Notes: a model not told the origin generated them from the letters alone. A stretch of 64,000 nt of DNA from Candidatus Borrarchaeum weybense (GCA_019057385.1 JAHQJS010000006.1:741038-805037), one strand, 5' to 3'; shown: positions 10,358 through 20,047, numbered from the stretch's first letter. Numbers and translations: made by a program.

Positions 10358-10472
10358 AAAATCCATGAAGAGGAAACAGATTTGACTGACTTTTTCGGCT
10401 ATCCTTATTAAGAGGGGTCTGCCTCTCCAGAACGTAATTTTCCAACACCGCACTGTTCCTTCGGGGCAGACT

Positions 10473-10712
10473 CTATTTTGTTCGACCTAAGATCTTTCGC
10501 CTTAGGATTTTAGGAGAGGCTGGCAAGACCTCTCCTTCTGAAGTGATGTAAGGTACTTCAGCATAAATTATCGGCACCCATAAACTCACTTTTGTTTCTT
10601 TTTTCGTCTTGGATTTCAAGCCTTCTGGCATCATCCTACCATGCTTATCATATCGATGGTATATTACTTTTGCACCACTCTTTTTAAAGCACTCAATTAC
10701 CATAAATATCAA
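10473..10712 (-). pseudogene. DUF3303-like protein, truncated after about 33 aa
   Basis: MIFMVIECFK...VIYHRYDKHGRMMPEGLK resembles the DUF3303 N-terminus; the remainder is a structured non-coding segment. Confidence 0.5.
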
Positions 10713-10796
10713 ATGATTACCTCAAGGAGACTCTTATCTTATAGGGGGAGCACTCTGGCTCGTTATCTGCAAATATTTAAAGAATAGAGTAAATAT

Positions 10797-11117
10797 TTGT
10801 TGGAGGGTATTTTCATTTCAACTAAAAATCCTTGTGTTCGAGAAGCCTGTCTTTATGAAGAATTACCAAACAAGAAAGTACGCTGTGGCGTATGTGAACG
10901 AAGATGTGTAATCCTCAACGGAGAGCGAGGATTTTGTAAAACACGTGAAAATATGGATGGCAAATTGTTTACATTGATTTATGGCGATATTTCATCAATT
11001 TCTGCCAATCCTATTGAAAAAAAACCATTATTTCATTTCTGGCCAGGAAGCCATGCACTAACTGTAGGCTCATGGAGCTGTAATTTTACCTGTCCATGGT
11101 GTCAGAATTGTGGAATT
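10797..11117 (+). CDS. amrS: AmmeMemoRadiSam radical SAM enzyme, 5' fragment (interrupted by integrative element)
   Basis: VRCGVCERRC...GFCKTREN...NPIEKKPLFHFWPGS..LTVGSWSCNFTCPWCQN; ends at attL. Confidence 0.92.
11103..11117 (+). repeat. attL core
   Basis: CAGAATTGTGGAATT, identical to 19214-19228. Confidence 0.93.
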
Positions 11118-11193
11118 GATCATAAAGGTATTACCCTATGTTAATACAAATCAATACCTTATTATAATACTTTCAACACAAATCTTTCCTATT

Positions 11194-11484
11194 ATGACTG
11201 AATCTATTTGGCATGAAAAAATTAAAGAGAAACTAGAACAAGAATACCTAAGAAGAGGATATTCCAAACATTCTATTTTTCCAGAATTTACGGTTATTGG
11301 TTCAAATTATAGAGTTGATTTTGCAATTATAACCGATAAAAAACGAATCTGCTATGAAATAGGTTCTGTTAATACTACCAAAGACCGAATGGATAGAATC
11401 TTTGACTTTTTTGATGAAATCAGACATATCCCTTTTCATGCTGATATTTACGATTATTATTTCATAAAAAATAAAAATGACTAA
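11194..11484 (+). CDS. Small PD-(D/E)xK-like nuclease-fold protein
   Basis: WHEKIKEKL...FPEF....YRVDFAI.....CYEIG; ATG at 11194 preferred over the track start, which lies inside att. Confidence 0.6.
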   Translation: MTESIWHEKIKEKLEQEYLRRGYSKHSIFPEFTVIGSNYRVDFAIITDKKRICYEIGSVNTTKDRMDRIFDFFDEIRHIPFHADIYDYYFIKNKND

Positions 11485-11584
11485 CTCAAAGGAATTATCT
11501 CAATATTATTAATATTTTCATTAAACATTATCCTTTAATAATTTAGATGTGATATAAAATTAGACACAAATAAAAAAATGGGGG

Positions 11585-12709
11585 ATAGAAATACCTATTA
11601 ATCAAATTTTTGAATTTAAATCTGACTGGTTTCAATTTTATCAGGCTGTTCTTAGAAATGAGATAGAGGACGAATCCTTTACAAAAAAATATTTAAAGGC
11701 ATATATAGTCGAATCTAATTTCGAATCTATTGATCAACTTAAAGCATATCACCCAGAGTTAAAGAACAAGATCATTGAATCAAAAGAACAATCTTTTTAT
11801 AATATCAAATATGGAACGCATAAATTCTTATATCTCGATACAGAGAACGATCGTTTTTGGGTTATTCATAGTCTAGAAAGACAAGAGGACATTCACCCTA
11901 AAATTGTTGAACTATTCTGTAATAGTTATCTCCAAGATAAAATATATGTTCCAAATCAAATGATGGAGGATTATCGGAAAAATTATAGTAAACAATCATT
12001 AGGAGCGAGCTTAAACTTTAAACAATTGATTGCAGAGAAAGAACCTAAAGACCAACGATTAAGTACAGATGTTTCAGAAGATCTAGAAGGAGAAATTGAT
12101 AATTACGCATTAAGAATATGGCTTAACAGATCAGAAAAAATGGATTATGTACTTAAAAGTTTCAAACAAATTGGATTGCCAATTAATTATAATTATCTTA
12201 ATTATGCCTTTTATAATGAAGATAATGAACTTATTATGAAAGAGAACTTTCATAGAGATGGTAAATTTACGATTAATAAAGGGATAGAACTTATCCAGCA
12301 TATTAATTTTGTTCACAAAGTTAGAGACGACTATAGTTCAAAATTGAATTTAATTGAAGATTACCGTATTGATTGGACGAAAAAAAAGGGTGATTTAATA
12401 AAAATTCTATTTACAAAGAAAGATATAGACCCCAAAAAACTATATCAGAGTTTCAAGTCCTATAAGTCAACCTTTCGAATGATAATTATCCCATTATTCA
12501 AAGAAAAAGACTATTATTTTTTTGATTGTTTAGATACACACACAGGAGGGCGTTTTTCTTTACAAATATCTAAAAGACAAATTCTTGTTAATCTAAAACC
12601 AGATTCATGCGGTAATGTTGTTTTTCGCTTACTCTCCAATTTACAAAAACATATTTCTTCAGAAATTTCAATTGAAATAGATAATCAAGATTTAAAAATT
12701 CTAAATTAA
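11585..12709 (+). CDS. Uncharacterised ~374-aa protein (longer than the track call)
   Basis: Frame open from 11564 (LKAYIVESN...YLDTENDRFWVIHSL...DTHTGG...CGNVVFRLLSNLQ); start is either ATA at 11585 or ATG at 11578 with one extra G. Confidence 0.7.
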   Translation: MEIPINQIFEFKSDWFQFYQAVLRNEIEDESFTKKYLKAYIVESNFESIDQLKAYHPELKNKIIESKEQSFYNIKYGTHKFLYLDTENDRFWVIHSLERQEDIHPKIVELFCNSYLQDKIYVPNQMMEDYRKNYSKQSLGASLNFKQLIAEKEPKDQRLSTDVSEDLEGEIDNYALRIWLNRSEKMDYVLKSFKQIGLPINYNYLNYAFYNEDNELIMKENFHRDGKFTINKGIELIQHINFVHKVRDDYSSKLNLIEDYRIDWTKKKGDLIKILFTKKDIDPKKLYQSFKSYKSTFRMIIIPLFKEKDYYFFDCLDTHTGGRFSLQISKRQILVNLKPDSCGNVVFRLLSNLQKHISSEISIEIDNQDLKILN

Positions 12710-12728
12710 AAGGAGCTGAAATTCTCCT

Positions 12729-13697
12729 TTGATAAATTTAATACAAGTTTTTAAAATTTCTAGTATAACTAAAACACTTAATTTTTTATTAGCATGTTTT
12801 AAGAAAATGCAAAATCATAGAAGAATAATATATGAACTAGATATTTCTCTACAAAATGATTCAAATTGCAAGCCTGATCTATTTTGTCTTTTAGTTGAGG
12901 AAGGTGAGTTTTATTATAGTCTTTTTGAGATTAAAGCACGAACTGTATTTTCAGAAGAGGATATTAATGAGAAGATAAAACCACAATATTTATCATATCA
13001 AAATATAACCGTTAATGATTTAGATGATTATCTCATTCCAAGAATCCAAAATACAACTATCTATATTAATTATTTATTTTATGACTCAGAGCGACAAATA
13101 ATTGATCAAATAATCAACAGTGTACCAATTCAATCGAACGTATATCATTTAAACTTAAATGAACGCCAAATTATTGCCATTCAATCAAATTCAGGAAATC
13201 TTAATGACCAATTAATGGAGAAGATTATAGAGTTATCCCAAGAGACAAGTCTTTGGAATAAAATATATGTTCCTTTTACCTTTAAGGATATCCAAGATTT
13301 TCGAGGAAAAGGGGGAAAGGAAGTAGATATTCATAACAGATCAGGTATAATTCTTGCTGTTAATTTTATGATGTTTGTTCTTTCGAGAAAAATTAGAAAA
13401 GAAGATACACTTTTCCTAGTGGATGATTTCATAAATTATGTATTCCAAAATAATTTTGAGAACTTAAATGTAGGTTGGGAACAAAGAAAAACATTTAAGA
13501 AAAAATTTAGATTATTTTTACAGTTTATTTGTAATGAATTACCAAAAAAAATTGACATTGATCCGATTATTGAGAAAACTGATGGATATTACAGAATTTT
13601 ATTAAGACACACAGCTACATTAGAAAGGAGAATAAGTGAAATCACGCAAGAATTAATCAAATTTTTAAAACAAAAAAGACTACCTGAGTTTTATTGA
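12729..13697 (+). CDS. PD-(D/E)xK nuclease-domain protein
   Basis: CKPDLF.........FEIKAR; operonic with the upstream gene. Confidence 0.6.
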   Translation: MINLIQVFKISSITKTLNFLLACFKKMQNHRRIIYELDISLQNDSNCKPDLFCLLVEEGEFYYSLFEIKARTVFSEEDINEKIKPQYLSYQNITVNDLDDYLIPRIQNTTIYINYLFYDSERQIIDQIINSVPIQSNVYHLNLNERQIIAIQSNSGNLNDQLMEKIIELSQETSLWNKIYVPFTFKDIQDFRGKGGKEVDIHNRSGIILAVNFMMFVLSRKIRKEDTLFLVDDFINYVFQNNFENLNVGWEQRKTFKKKFRLFLQFICNELPKKIDIDPIIEKTDGYYRILLRHTATLERRISEITQELIKFLKQKRLPEFY

Positions 13698-13925
13698 ATA
13701 ATAGATTTTTACAAGCAGTTTCTGGGCATTTTCCTTGAAGATAGAACTTTATGTACCGTATCTAAAAAAAGAATGAATTTTATACCTTAATTATCTAGTA
13801 AAATATCACTTGATTTTAAATACCCATTTTAAATACCTTTTTTCATAACAGGTTACTTTTCCTTATCAAAACAAGTAAATAGTATGTCAATTACCTATCA
13901 TACTAAGATATATCAAAATTATAAT

Positions 13926-14480
13926 CTACTGTTCTACTGAAAACCTCGCAAGTGATTGTTGATGTTGGTAAATATCTTCTGTATATCTTGAAATAAAATC
14001 AGTATTTACTCCTTTTTTTCTATCCTGAGTATATTTTGCATTTAACTGGCAGTCTAAATTATTATTCGGTAATGCTACATCAAATTCATATTGTAATGAG
14101 ATATTATCTTTTATATCCTCCATTTCTATTCTCAATGGAAATACCTGTTCCTGTTCCCATTCGCCTTTCCAATTCCTTCCCTCACATCTCCCCTCTATTT
14201 CTCTATCATTATCAAATATCTTTAGGGTAGGTGCTTCAACGGTTGTGTTTTTTCCACCAGCATTGATAATTCTAATTTTAACCCATAATCTATGTGTATG
14301 GTGTTCACTTTCCATTATCTCAACACTAAATTTTTGTCGTTCTGTAATAAATCGAATAACTTGTATTATCGTTCCACTTGTACCTATTGCACCTAATACT
14401 AAAGCTATTATTGTAGTCAAATCTGTTGTTGATACTGTTGTTGCTGTTTGTGTTGCATTTTGTAACATCATTTCTATCAC
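13926..14480 (-). CDS. N-terminal single-TM protein with beta-rich domain
   Basis: TM IIALVLGAIGTSGTII; IRIINAGGKNTTV. Confidence 0.65.
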   Translation of the reverse strand: MIEMMLQNATQTATTVSTTDLTTIIALVLGAIGTSGTIIQVIRFITERQKFSVEIMESEHHTHRLWVKIRIINAGGKNTTVEAPTLKIFDNDREIEGRCEGRNWKGEWEQEQVFPLRIEMEDIKDNISLQYEFDVALPNNNLDCQLNAKYTQDRKKGVNTDFISRYTEDIYQHQQSLARFSVEQ

Positions 14481-14759
14481 TACTAATTACCCTTTCAATA
14501 TTATTAGATTTCTGTCCTGCTATCTATTTCTTCTAATAAGGTATCTAAATCTTCTATCCAATTACCTAACATCCTATCATTTTTTATACCTCATTTAACA
14601 TTCTACCTATTATTTCTCTATAACTAAAAATTGAGAAAAAACTGAGAGATAGTTTTAGAAAACAAAAAGAGGATTCTTACTTTGGATGCAAAATAATTAA
14701 GTTTAAGATATGTAGAATAAACTCTTTTTTATCCTATTATAGAAAATTAGATCTTGTTT

Positions 14760-15252
14760 TTATATACTTAAGTTCCGTAAATTATCTAATATATCATCTA
14801 TCTTTTGTTTTAATCTCTCTAACTTATTCTTATTCTCTGTAATAAAATCAGTACTGCTCTCTACGTTTATTATCAGATCACGATCAAAAATAGCATTTAT
14901 CTTTTCAACATCAACCTCAATATCAGCATCCACATAAATTTTTCCTAACTGAGATAGAAATGGATCTGTAAGCAAATATAAAATTCCACTGGATCGGATA
15001 AAAATCCAAGCGTTATCATCTAAATTTATAGGCGGAATGGCAAAATCCCTAATGTTCTGATTCTAAAATTTTTATATGTCCTTCAATTTTTAATTTATTT
15101 TGAGTTAATTCAATGATAAGATTCTTTTTGACCTTATCCAATTCTTGATTTCTTCTATCCTTTTCTTTCTTAACATCCCACGCTAAGCCTAATAGAAAAC
15201 CAATAATAACTCCTATTAAACCTGAAATTGTTGGATCTATTTTTAACATCAT
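14760..15252 (-). pseudogene. Frameshifted single-TM protein
   Basis: The 15049-15252 ORF continues in another frame (IRDFAIPPINLDDNAWIFIRSSG...) into the 14760-14975 ORF. Confidence 0.65.
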
Positions 15253-15272
15253 ATTCTCGATCCTTAGAGATA

Positions 15273-15615
15273 TTATTCACTACGTTTCATCTGCTCAGTC
15301 ATAATATCTTTAACCTTTTCTTCATCAACAACTTCTACTTTTACCCCATTTATTCTTACTTCTGCAATTTTTTTATCCTTTAACTTTTCTTTCAACCAAA
15401 AAGCAAATTTGATAATATTTCCGATATTACTAATTATTGTTGTTATTAGAACAATATCTGGAATACCAATTGCTTTTCTAATGTATGTACTCCCATTCTA
15501 CTGTTACATCCTCAGAAATAGATTTTCTTGTTTCTCCTACTGAGAGTTCCTTTGTTTCAAATAACTCAAACTCTAAGGATTTCTCAAATGTTTCAATCTC
15601 TATATCAAATCTCAT
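15273..15615 (-). pseudogene. Frameshifted small hypothetical protein
   Basis: MRFDIEIETFEKSLEFELF...VTVEW, frameshift near 15490, then STYIRKAIGIPDIV...FWLKEKLKDKK...MKRSE*. Confidence 0.6.
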
Positions 15616-15730
15616 GGAAAAAGTCTATGTTTTCTTCTTCTTATTAAAATTATATGGCAAATTTCTAAAAAATTGAAAAATCCCCATTTCACTAATTTTA
15701 TTATATTCAGAAATTCTATATCTTTAAAAC

Positions 15731-16522
15731 ATGTCAATTTTCAAAGACTTAAAAAAATATAAAGAACACATACTCCGCATTGTTGTCCTCATAGTTATAG
15801 TAATAATCGTACCGCTAATTATTAGGTTACTTTTCCCCGAGTTTTTTAATATGTTTGTAATCCCCATAGTTGTCGGATTGATCACATCTGCTATTTGGTA
15901 TTATATAGTTTGGACTCTCTTTATTTATCCAACACAAAAAAGGGCAGAAGTTGTAAAGAAAGCAGTCTTTAAACTATTACTTAACTCTGAGATCCATTAT
16001 CCCCTTGGTGTAATAATTTTTAATCTTCTTCTTAAAGAGGATAAAACACCCGAAAACTTTTATAGGAATATCAAAAGCTATGTAGAGGCAAACCCTCAAA
16101 TATTTCAAGATTCAAATCTCTTAATCAATTATTTGAAAGCCATTTCTTTGGATGAATTTCACCAAGGCTTAATTGAGAAAATGACTCACTTAGATGATCA
16201 CACATGGAACAAAATAATAGATGCTACAATTAACTTAAAAAAAATTCTTAGTGATTTTCACACTCGTTATCCTCTTCATTACTCCAACGCTTGTAACATC
16301 TATCATAACGATCATCGCCATTACCTTCATGTTTCTTGTATCTATATTCTACATCGTTTATTTCCACACATCCAAATTTTTTATTCGCTATTTCTTTTCT
16401 CTTCTTACGTTTCTTCCTTCTCTTCTTATCTCTACTTAGTTCTATCAATTCACGCTTTGCATCTCTTGATATTTTTTCAAGATCAATCTTACTCATTTTC
16501 TTCACTTAAATACTCTGTCTAA
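15731..16522 (+). CDS. 2-TM membrane protein; 3' part probably read-through over an antisense gene
   Basis: Two N-terminal TMs; after ~16250 it overlaps 16248-16505(-) and looks non-protein-like. Confidence 0.5.
   Translation: MSIFKDLKKYKEHILRIVVLIVIVIIVPLIIRLLFPEFFNMFVIPIVVGLITSAIWYYIVWTLFIYPTQKRAEVVKKAVFKLLLNSEIHYPLGVIIFNLLLKEDKTPENFYRNIKSYVEANPQIFQDSNLLINYLKAISLDEFHQGLIEKMTHLDDHTWNKIIDATINLKKILSDFHTRYPLHYSNACNIYHNDHRHYLHVSCIYILHRLFPHIQIFYSLFLFSSYVSSFSSYLYLVLSIHALHLLIFFQDQSYSFSSLKYSV
16248..16505 (-). CDS. Small basic hypothetical protein
   Basis: K/R-rich 85-aa ORF. Confidence 0.5.
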   Translation of the reverse strand: MKKMSKIDLEKISRDAKRELIELSRDKKRRKKRKKRKEIANKKFGCVEINDVEYRYKKHEGNGDDRYDRCYKRWSNEEDNECENH

Positions 16523-16922
16523 CTCAGTTTTACTCAATTTATGGTTCATAATGTTCAATTTAGGTATCCTATGATACCCCCCTACCTTAACATGGTTTTT
16601 AGAAATCAGATAAAACACTACACTTGACTCATTTTTATTAAATTAGCATTAATGATCTTATCTTTCTTCTTATGACCATTACCATTATTATTGCCAAATG
16701 TATCAATCATTTCCCTTTTTTCCCATATTCTGGTTTTTTTGTCGTACTCTCTACTCGCGTCTGAACAACATCCTATATGCAGGCTATAGCCCCATATATT
16801 CATCTCGGTTCAGGAGATTCAGTATCTCCCAATTAACTATTACCTCAGCACCTATATAAACCTTTCGGTTGATATTAGAGCATATTTCCTTATTTTGAAC
16901 AATTTTATGGTATATCTCAATC

Positions 16923-17089
16923 TTATAGTATATCTAATAATTTAGTTATACCAAAAACCGAATAAAATTATACTTTATAGAATATTGTTATACGTTATTT
17001 TGATTTTGTTATACTTTTCAAAAATAGCAGAATAAAAACCTTTTAATCTATAATTAATAAAAAAAGAAAGTGATACAATAATTGTATCA
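16923..17089. repeat. Phased TTATAC direct repeats and palindrome in an AT-rich intergenic region
   Basis: TTATAC at 16946, 16968, 16988, 17009; TGATACAA-TAA-TTGTATCA at 17071-17089. Confidence 0.55.
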
Positions 17090-17147
17090 AAATAGGGATT
17101 AGGGAAGGAACTTTGCGTTACCAATTCGCTTTTCCTTCTCTTTTTTC

Positions 17148-18497
17148 CTACCAGTATTTATTTTGATTATTACCTAGCACATTCTCTACTCGTTCCTCTA
17201 ATTCTTCTATGCCACTTCTCAGATATAATGATGTTACTCTCAAATTGGCATGACCTAACATCTTTTGTATATCTGATAATAACATCCGTTCACCGTGTTC
17301 ATTCTGGGCTTTTTCCCATATCTTAGCTGCGGTATATCTAACATCATGCGGAGTTACCCTGAATCCTACCTTCTTTGAAATTTCCTTGTAATATTTCCAG
17401 ATAGCATTTCTATATGGTCTTTTTCCTTGCCTTGTAGTTATTAGGTAATCATGGTTCGGTCTAAATAACATTCTTTGTTTCATCTGTCTATTCAAATATC
17501 GTACTTGTTCATCGGTCAATGTCAATATTCGTTCCTTTGGAATATTACCCTTTGACTTGCCGTATATCTTTATTCTTTTACTTTCTAAGTCTATATGTTC
17601 TCTTTTTATCCGTGTATACTCTTCTCTTCTCAATCCAAAGTTCAATCCTAACCAAAAAACAAATCTTAGTATCGGATGTCTTACTGTTTTAAATATTGTT
17701 TTTACTTGTGATTCTGTTAATGATACTCTTGTCGTTTCTGTCCTGTGTTCATTACTATAGTTATTTCTGATCCATTTTCTTATCTTTTTTCTAGTCTTTT
17801 TAGATATACATACATCATTTTCTTCATCCCACGTCAAAAAACCAGCTATAGTATATGCCTTGTTCACTAGCGTATTTACTGAATTAGCTTTCTGATCTCG
17901 TTTTGCATCATAAACACCTTTCGTTTCTAAATGATTGAAATATTCTATCATATCACTTAATTCTAACTCTTGAAATCCCTGTTTATTCCTTACTTCAATG
18001 AGATAACTTTCAAAGTCTACTAGAATGGGTATATTGGTTACTAGACTTGAACGCGCAAACTCACCAGAATAATAATAATCTCTTAATATATCACTTAAAT
18101 TTTCTACATCTGTTTTATTATTATTTTCTGGTATCTCTAAGCCAGCTAATTCTATAGCTGTTATCAATGATCCAAATCGTCTTTTGTAAGTAGCTCCATC
18201 TGGTAACTCTTTTCTTCGCAAATCTGGATATTTCGGTACTCTTCCATGTTCTTCAAAGAATTTTACTAAAACATTCAATAATTCTTTATCAGAATACACA
18301 TAGTTTCTAGGTAAATATCCAGCTAGTCTTACTGCTTTTGACCAGCTACCAAAATGCCTTGTATATGTCATCGGTGAAGGATTCAAAGGATTACCTTTGA
18401 AATCCAATGCTTGAGGAACTTTACCATGCTGTTCATGCAAATCTCTTATGTATTGTAATAAAGATTCATCGGTGTATTTATTGTACTTATTCCCCAT
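17148..18497 (-). CDS. Tyrosine recombinase/integrase with two N-terminal homing-endonuclease-associated repeats
   Basis: Catalytic R (GLRREE), K (GKSK), HxxR (HDVR), H (LGHAN), Y (TSLY); two YTD/YSD.ELL...HG.VP...TY.R.FGS...A..LAG repeats. Confidence 0.9.
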   Translation of the reverse strand: MGNKYNKYTDESLLQYIRDLHEQHGKVPQALDFKGNPLNPSPMTYTRHFGSWSKAVRLAGYLPRNYVYSDKELLNVLVKFFEEHGRVPKYPDLRRKELPDGATYKRRFGSLITAIELAGLEIPENNNKTDVENLSDILRDYYYSGEFARSSLVTNIPILVDFESYLIEVRNKQGFQELELSDMIEYFNHLETKGVYDAKRDQKANSVNTLVNKAYTIAGFLTWDEENDVCISKKTRKKIRKWIRNNYSNEHRTETTRVSLTESQVKTIFKTVRHPILRFVFWLGLNFGLRREEYTRIKREHIDLESKRIKIYGKSKGNIPKERILTLTDEQVRYLNRQMKQRMLFRPNHDYLITTRQGKRPYRNAIWKYYKEISKKVGFRVTPHDVRYTAAKIWEKAQNEHGERMLLSDIQKMLGHANLRVTSLYLRSGIEELEERVENVLGNNQNKYW

Positions 18498-19072
18498 TAG
18501 ATCAACGCCTTAACTCCTTTACTGAAATCCCATTTAATTCTACCTATTCCATTTAGATCAAACAAGACATCAGCTAGAATATTCTTGTCAGGATACTCTT
18601 CCAATGGAATATTTTCTTGTTCCCAGTCAAAATACTGAGCTATTCCTTCATCCTCATTTCTGATTGCCTTTTCTAATTCATCAAGACTGATCCAATCTTG
18701 TAGATATTTCTCTTTGAATTTCTCTTGTTGTAATAGTCTCCTTAATCTATTGATAGCTATTTCTCGATTCTTTGTTTCATTCATTTCTTCCAATTGGAGA
18801 TCGGATAATGTTATTGATCTTTTCACTGCCTTTATCTCGTTTCTCAAGTTCTTTTGAATATCTTTAAGTAAATCCATTACTGGATTGATGTTTACTGAAC
18901 TTTGGATAGCCAGCTCTGAATCTGGATAAAATAATATTCCCCTAGAAATAAAGAACTCACAGGCATATCTGACAAACTCTGAAGTATCCATTTCGTTGTC
19001 TTCTGCAAACTTCTTGATTCTTTCCTTTTGTATGGATGATGCTTTCACTACGATATGTTCATTCTTTACCAA
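18497..19072 (-). CDS. Ribbon-helix-helix-like DNA-binding protein with coiled coil
   Basis: HIVVKASSIQKERIKKFAEDNEMDTSEFVRYAC; stop overlaps the integrase start. Confidence 0.7.
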   Translation of the reverse strand: MVKNEHIVVKASSIQKERIKKFAEDNEMDTSEFVRYACEFFISRGILFYPDSELAIQSSVNINPVMDLLKDIQKNLRNEIKAVKRSITLSDLQLEEMNETKNREIAINRLRRLLQQEKFKEKYLQDWISLDELEKAIRNEDEGIAQYFDWEQENIPLEEYPDKNILADVLFDLNGIGRIKWDFSKGVKALI

Positions 19073-19213
19073 TTATTCACACGCCCTTGTTTTAGTTCTC
19101 TAAAAAGTCGTATGGTTATCCAGTACGCGGGATTTTACCCCGTACTTTCATCTCTAATACTCTTTATACCCTAGTACCTATAAATACTTTACGGTTATTA
19201 ATACTTTTATAGC

Positions 19214-19228
19214 CAGAATTGTGGAATT
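19214..19228 (+). repeat. attR core
   Basis: CAGAATTGTGGAATT. Confidence 0.93.
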
Positions 19229-20026
19229 AGCAAAACCGAACCAAATTCACGTCGAACAAACTATATGAGTCCAGAAGTATTCGAAAAAACTATGAAAGCG
19301 AATGATTGCATTGGATCATCGATTAGCTTTAATGAACCTACCCTGCTTTTGGAATACTCTCTTGATGTATTTGATACTGTGAAAGAATCTGGTCTATATT
19401 ATAATACATATATAACAAATATGTACATGACAGAAGAGGCTTTGAAATTACTCACAGAACATAAATGCGATGCGTTTGCCGCTAATATGAAGGGCGATGC
19501 AGAAGTTGTCAAAAAGCACTGTGGTGCTGATATAGAACTCATATGGAGAAACCTAAAGTTAGCAAAGGAAATGGGTGCACATATCGAAGTAATCACACTC
19601 GTCATACCCACAATCAATGATGATGTGCAAACCCTAAAAGAGATTGCCACTCGTATCTATGATGAGTTAGGAAAGGACACACCTTGGCATTGCACTCAGT
19701 TTTTTCCTGCATATAAATCTAGGGAAATAGGACTCAAAAAGAGAACACCAATCGAGACACTGGAAAAAGCCTACGAACTTGGAAAAGACGCTGGTTTGCG
19801 ATTTGTGTATTTGGGAAATGTCCCAAATCACCCTTATGAAAACACATATTGTCCTTCCTGCAATGCGTTATTGATTAAACGGTTTATTTTTGACTCACAG
19901 ATCTTTTTTAATGTTAAAAAAAGAATAGATGATAGAATTGATTTTGAAAAAAGGTGTCCTAACTGTGGAGAACATATTGAAATATTTGGTGAGTTCATTA
20001 GAAAAGAAAAAGGGGTTTTTAGCTAA
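19214..20026 (+). CDS. amrS: AmmeMemoRadiSam radical SAM enzyme, 3' fragment
   Basis: QNCGISKTEP...SFNEPT...HIEVITLVIPTIND...TPWHCTQFFPAY...GLRFVYLGNV...NTYCPSC; in frame with the 5' fragment across att. Confidence 0.92.
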   Translation, partial: QNCGISKTEPNSRRTNYMSPEVFEKTMKANDCIGSSISFNEPTLLLEYSLDVFDTVKESGLYYNTYITNMYMTEEALKLLTEHKCDAFAANMKGDAEVVKKHCGADIELIWRNLKLAKEMGAHIEVITLVIPTINDDVQTLKEIATRIYDELGKDTPWHCTQFFPAYKSREIGLKKRTPIETLEKAYELGKDAGLRFVYLGNVPNHPYENTYCPSCNALLIKRFIFDSQIFFNVKKRIDDRIDFEKRCPNCGEHIEIFGEFIRKEKGVFS

Positions 20027-20047
20027 GTCTTTATGAAGAAGGCTTCG

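Larger units (their letters stand above)
11103..19228. mobile_element. Tyrosine-recombinase integrative element inserted in amrS (8,111 bp between repeat starts)
   Basis: 15-bp direct repeat CAGAATTGTGGAATT at 11103-11117 and 19214-19228; integrase inside; AT-rich cargo; excision rejoins amrS in frame. Confidence 0.93.
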
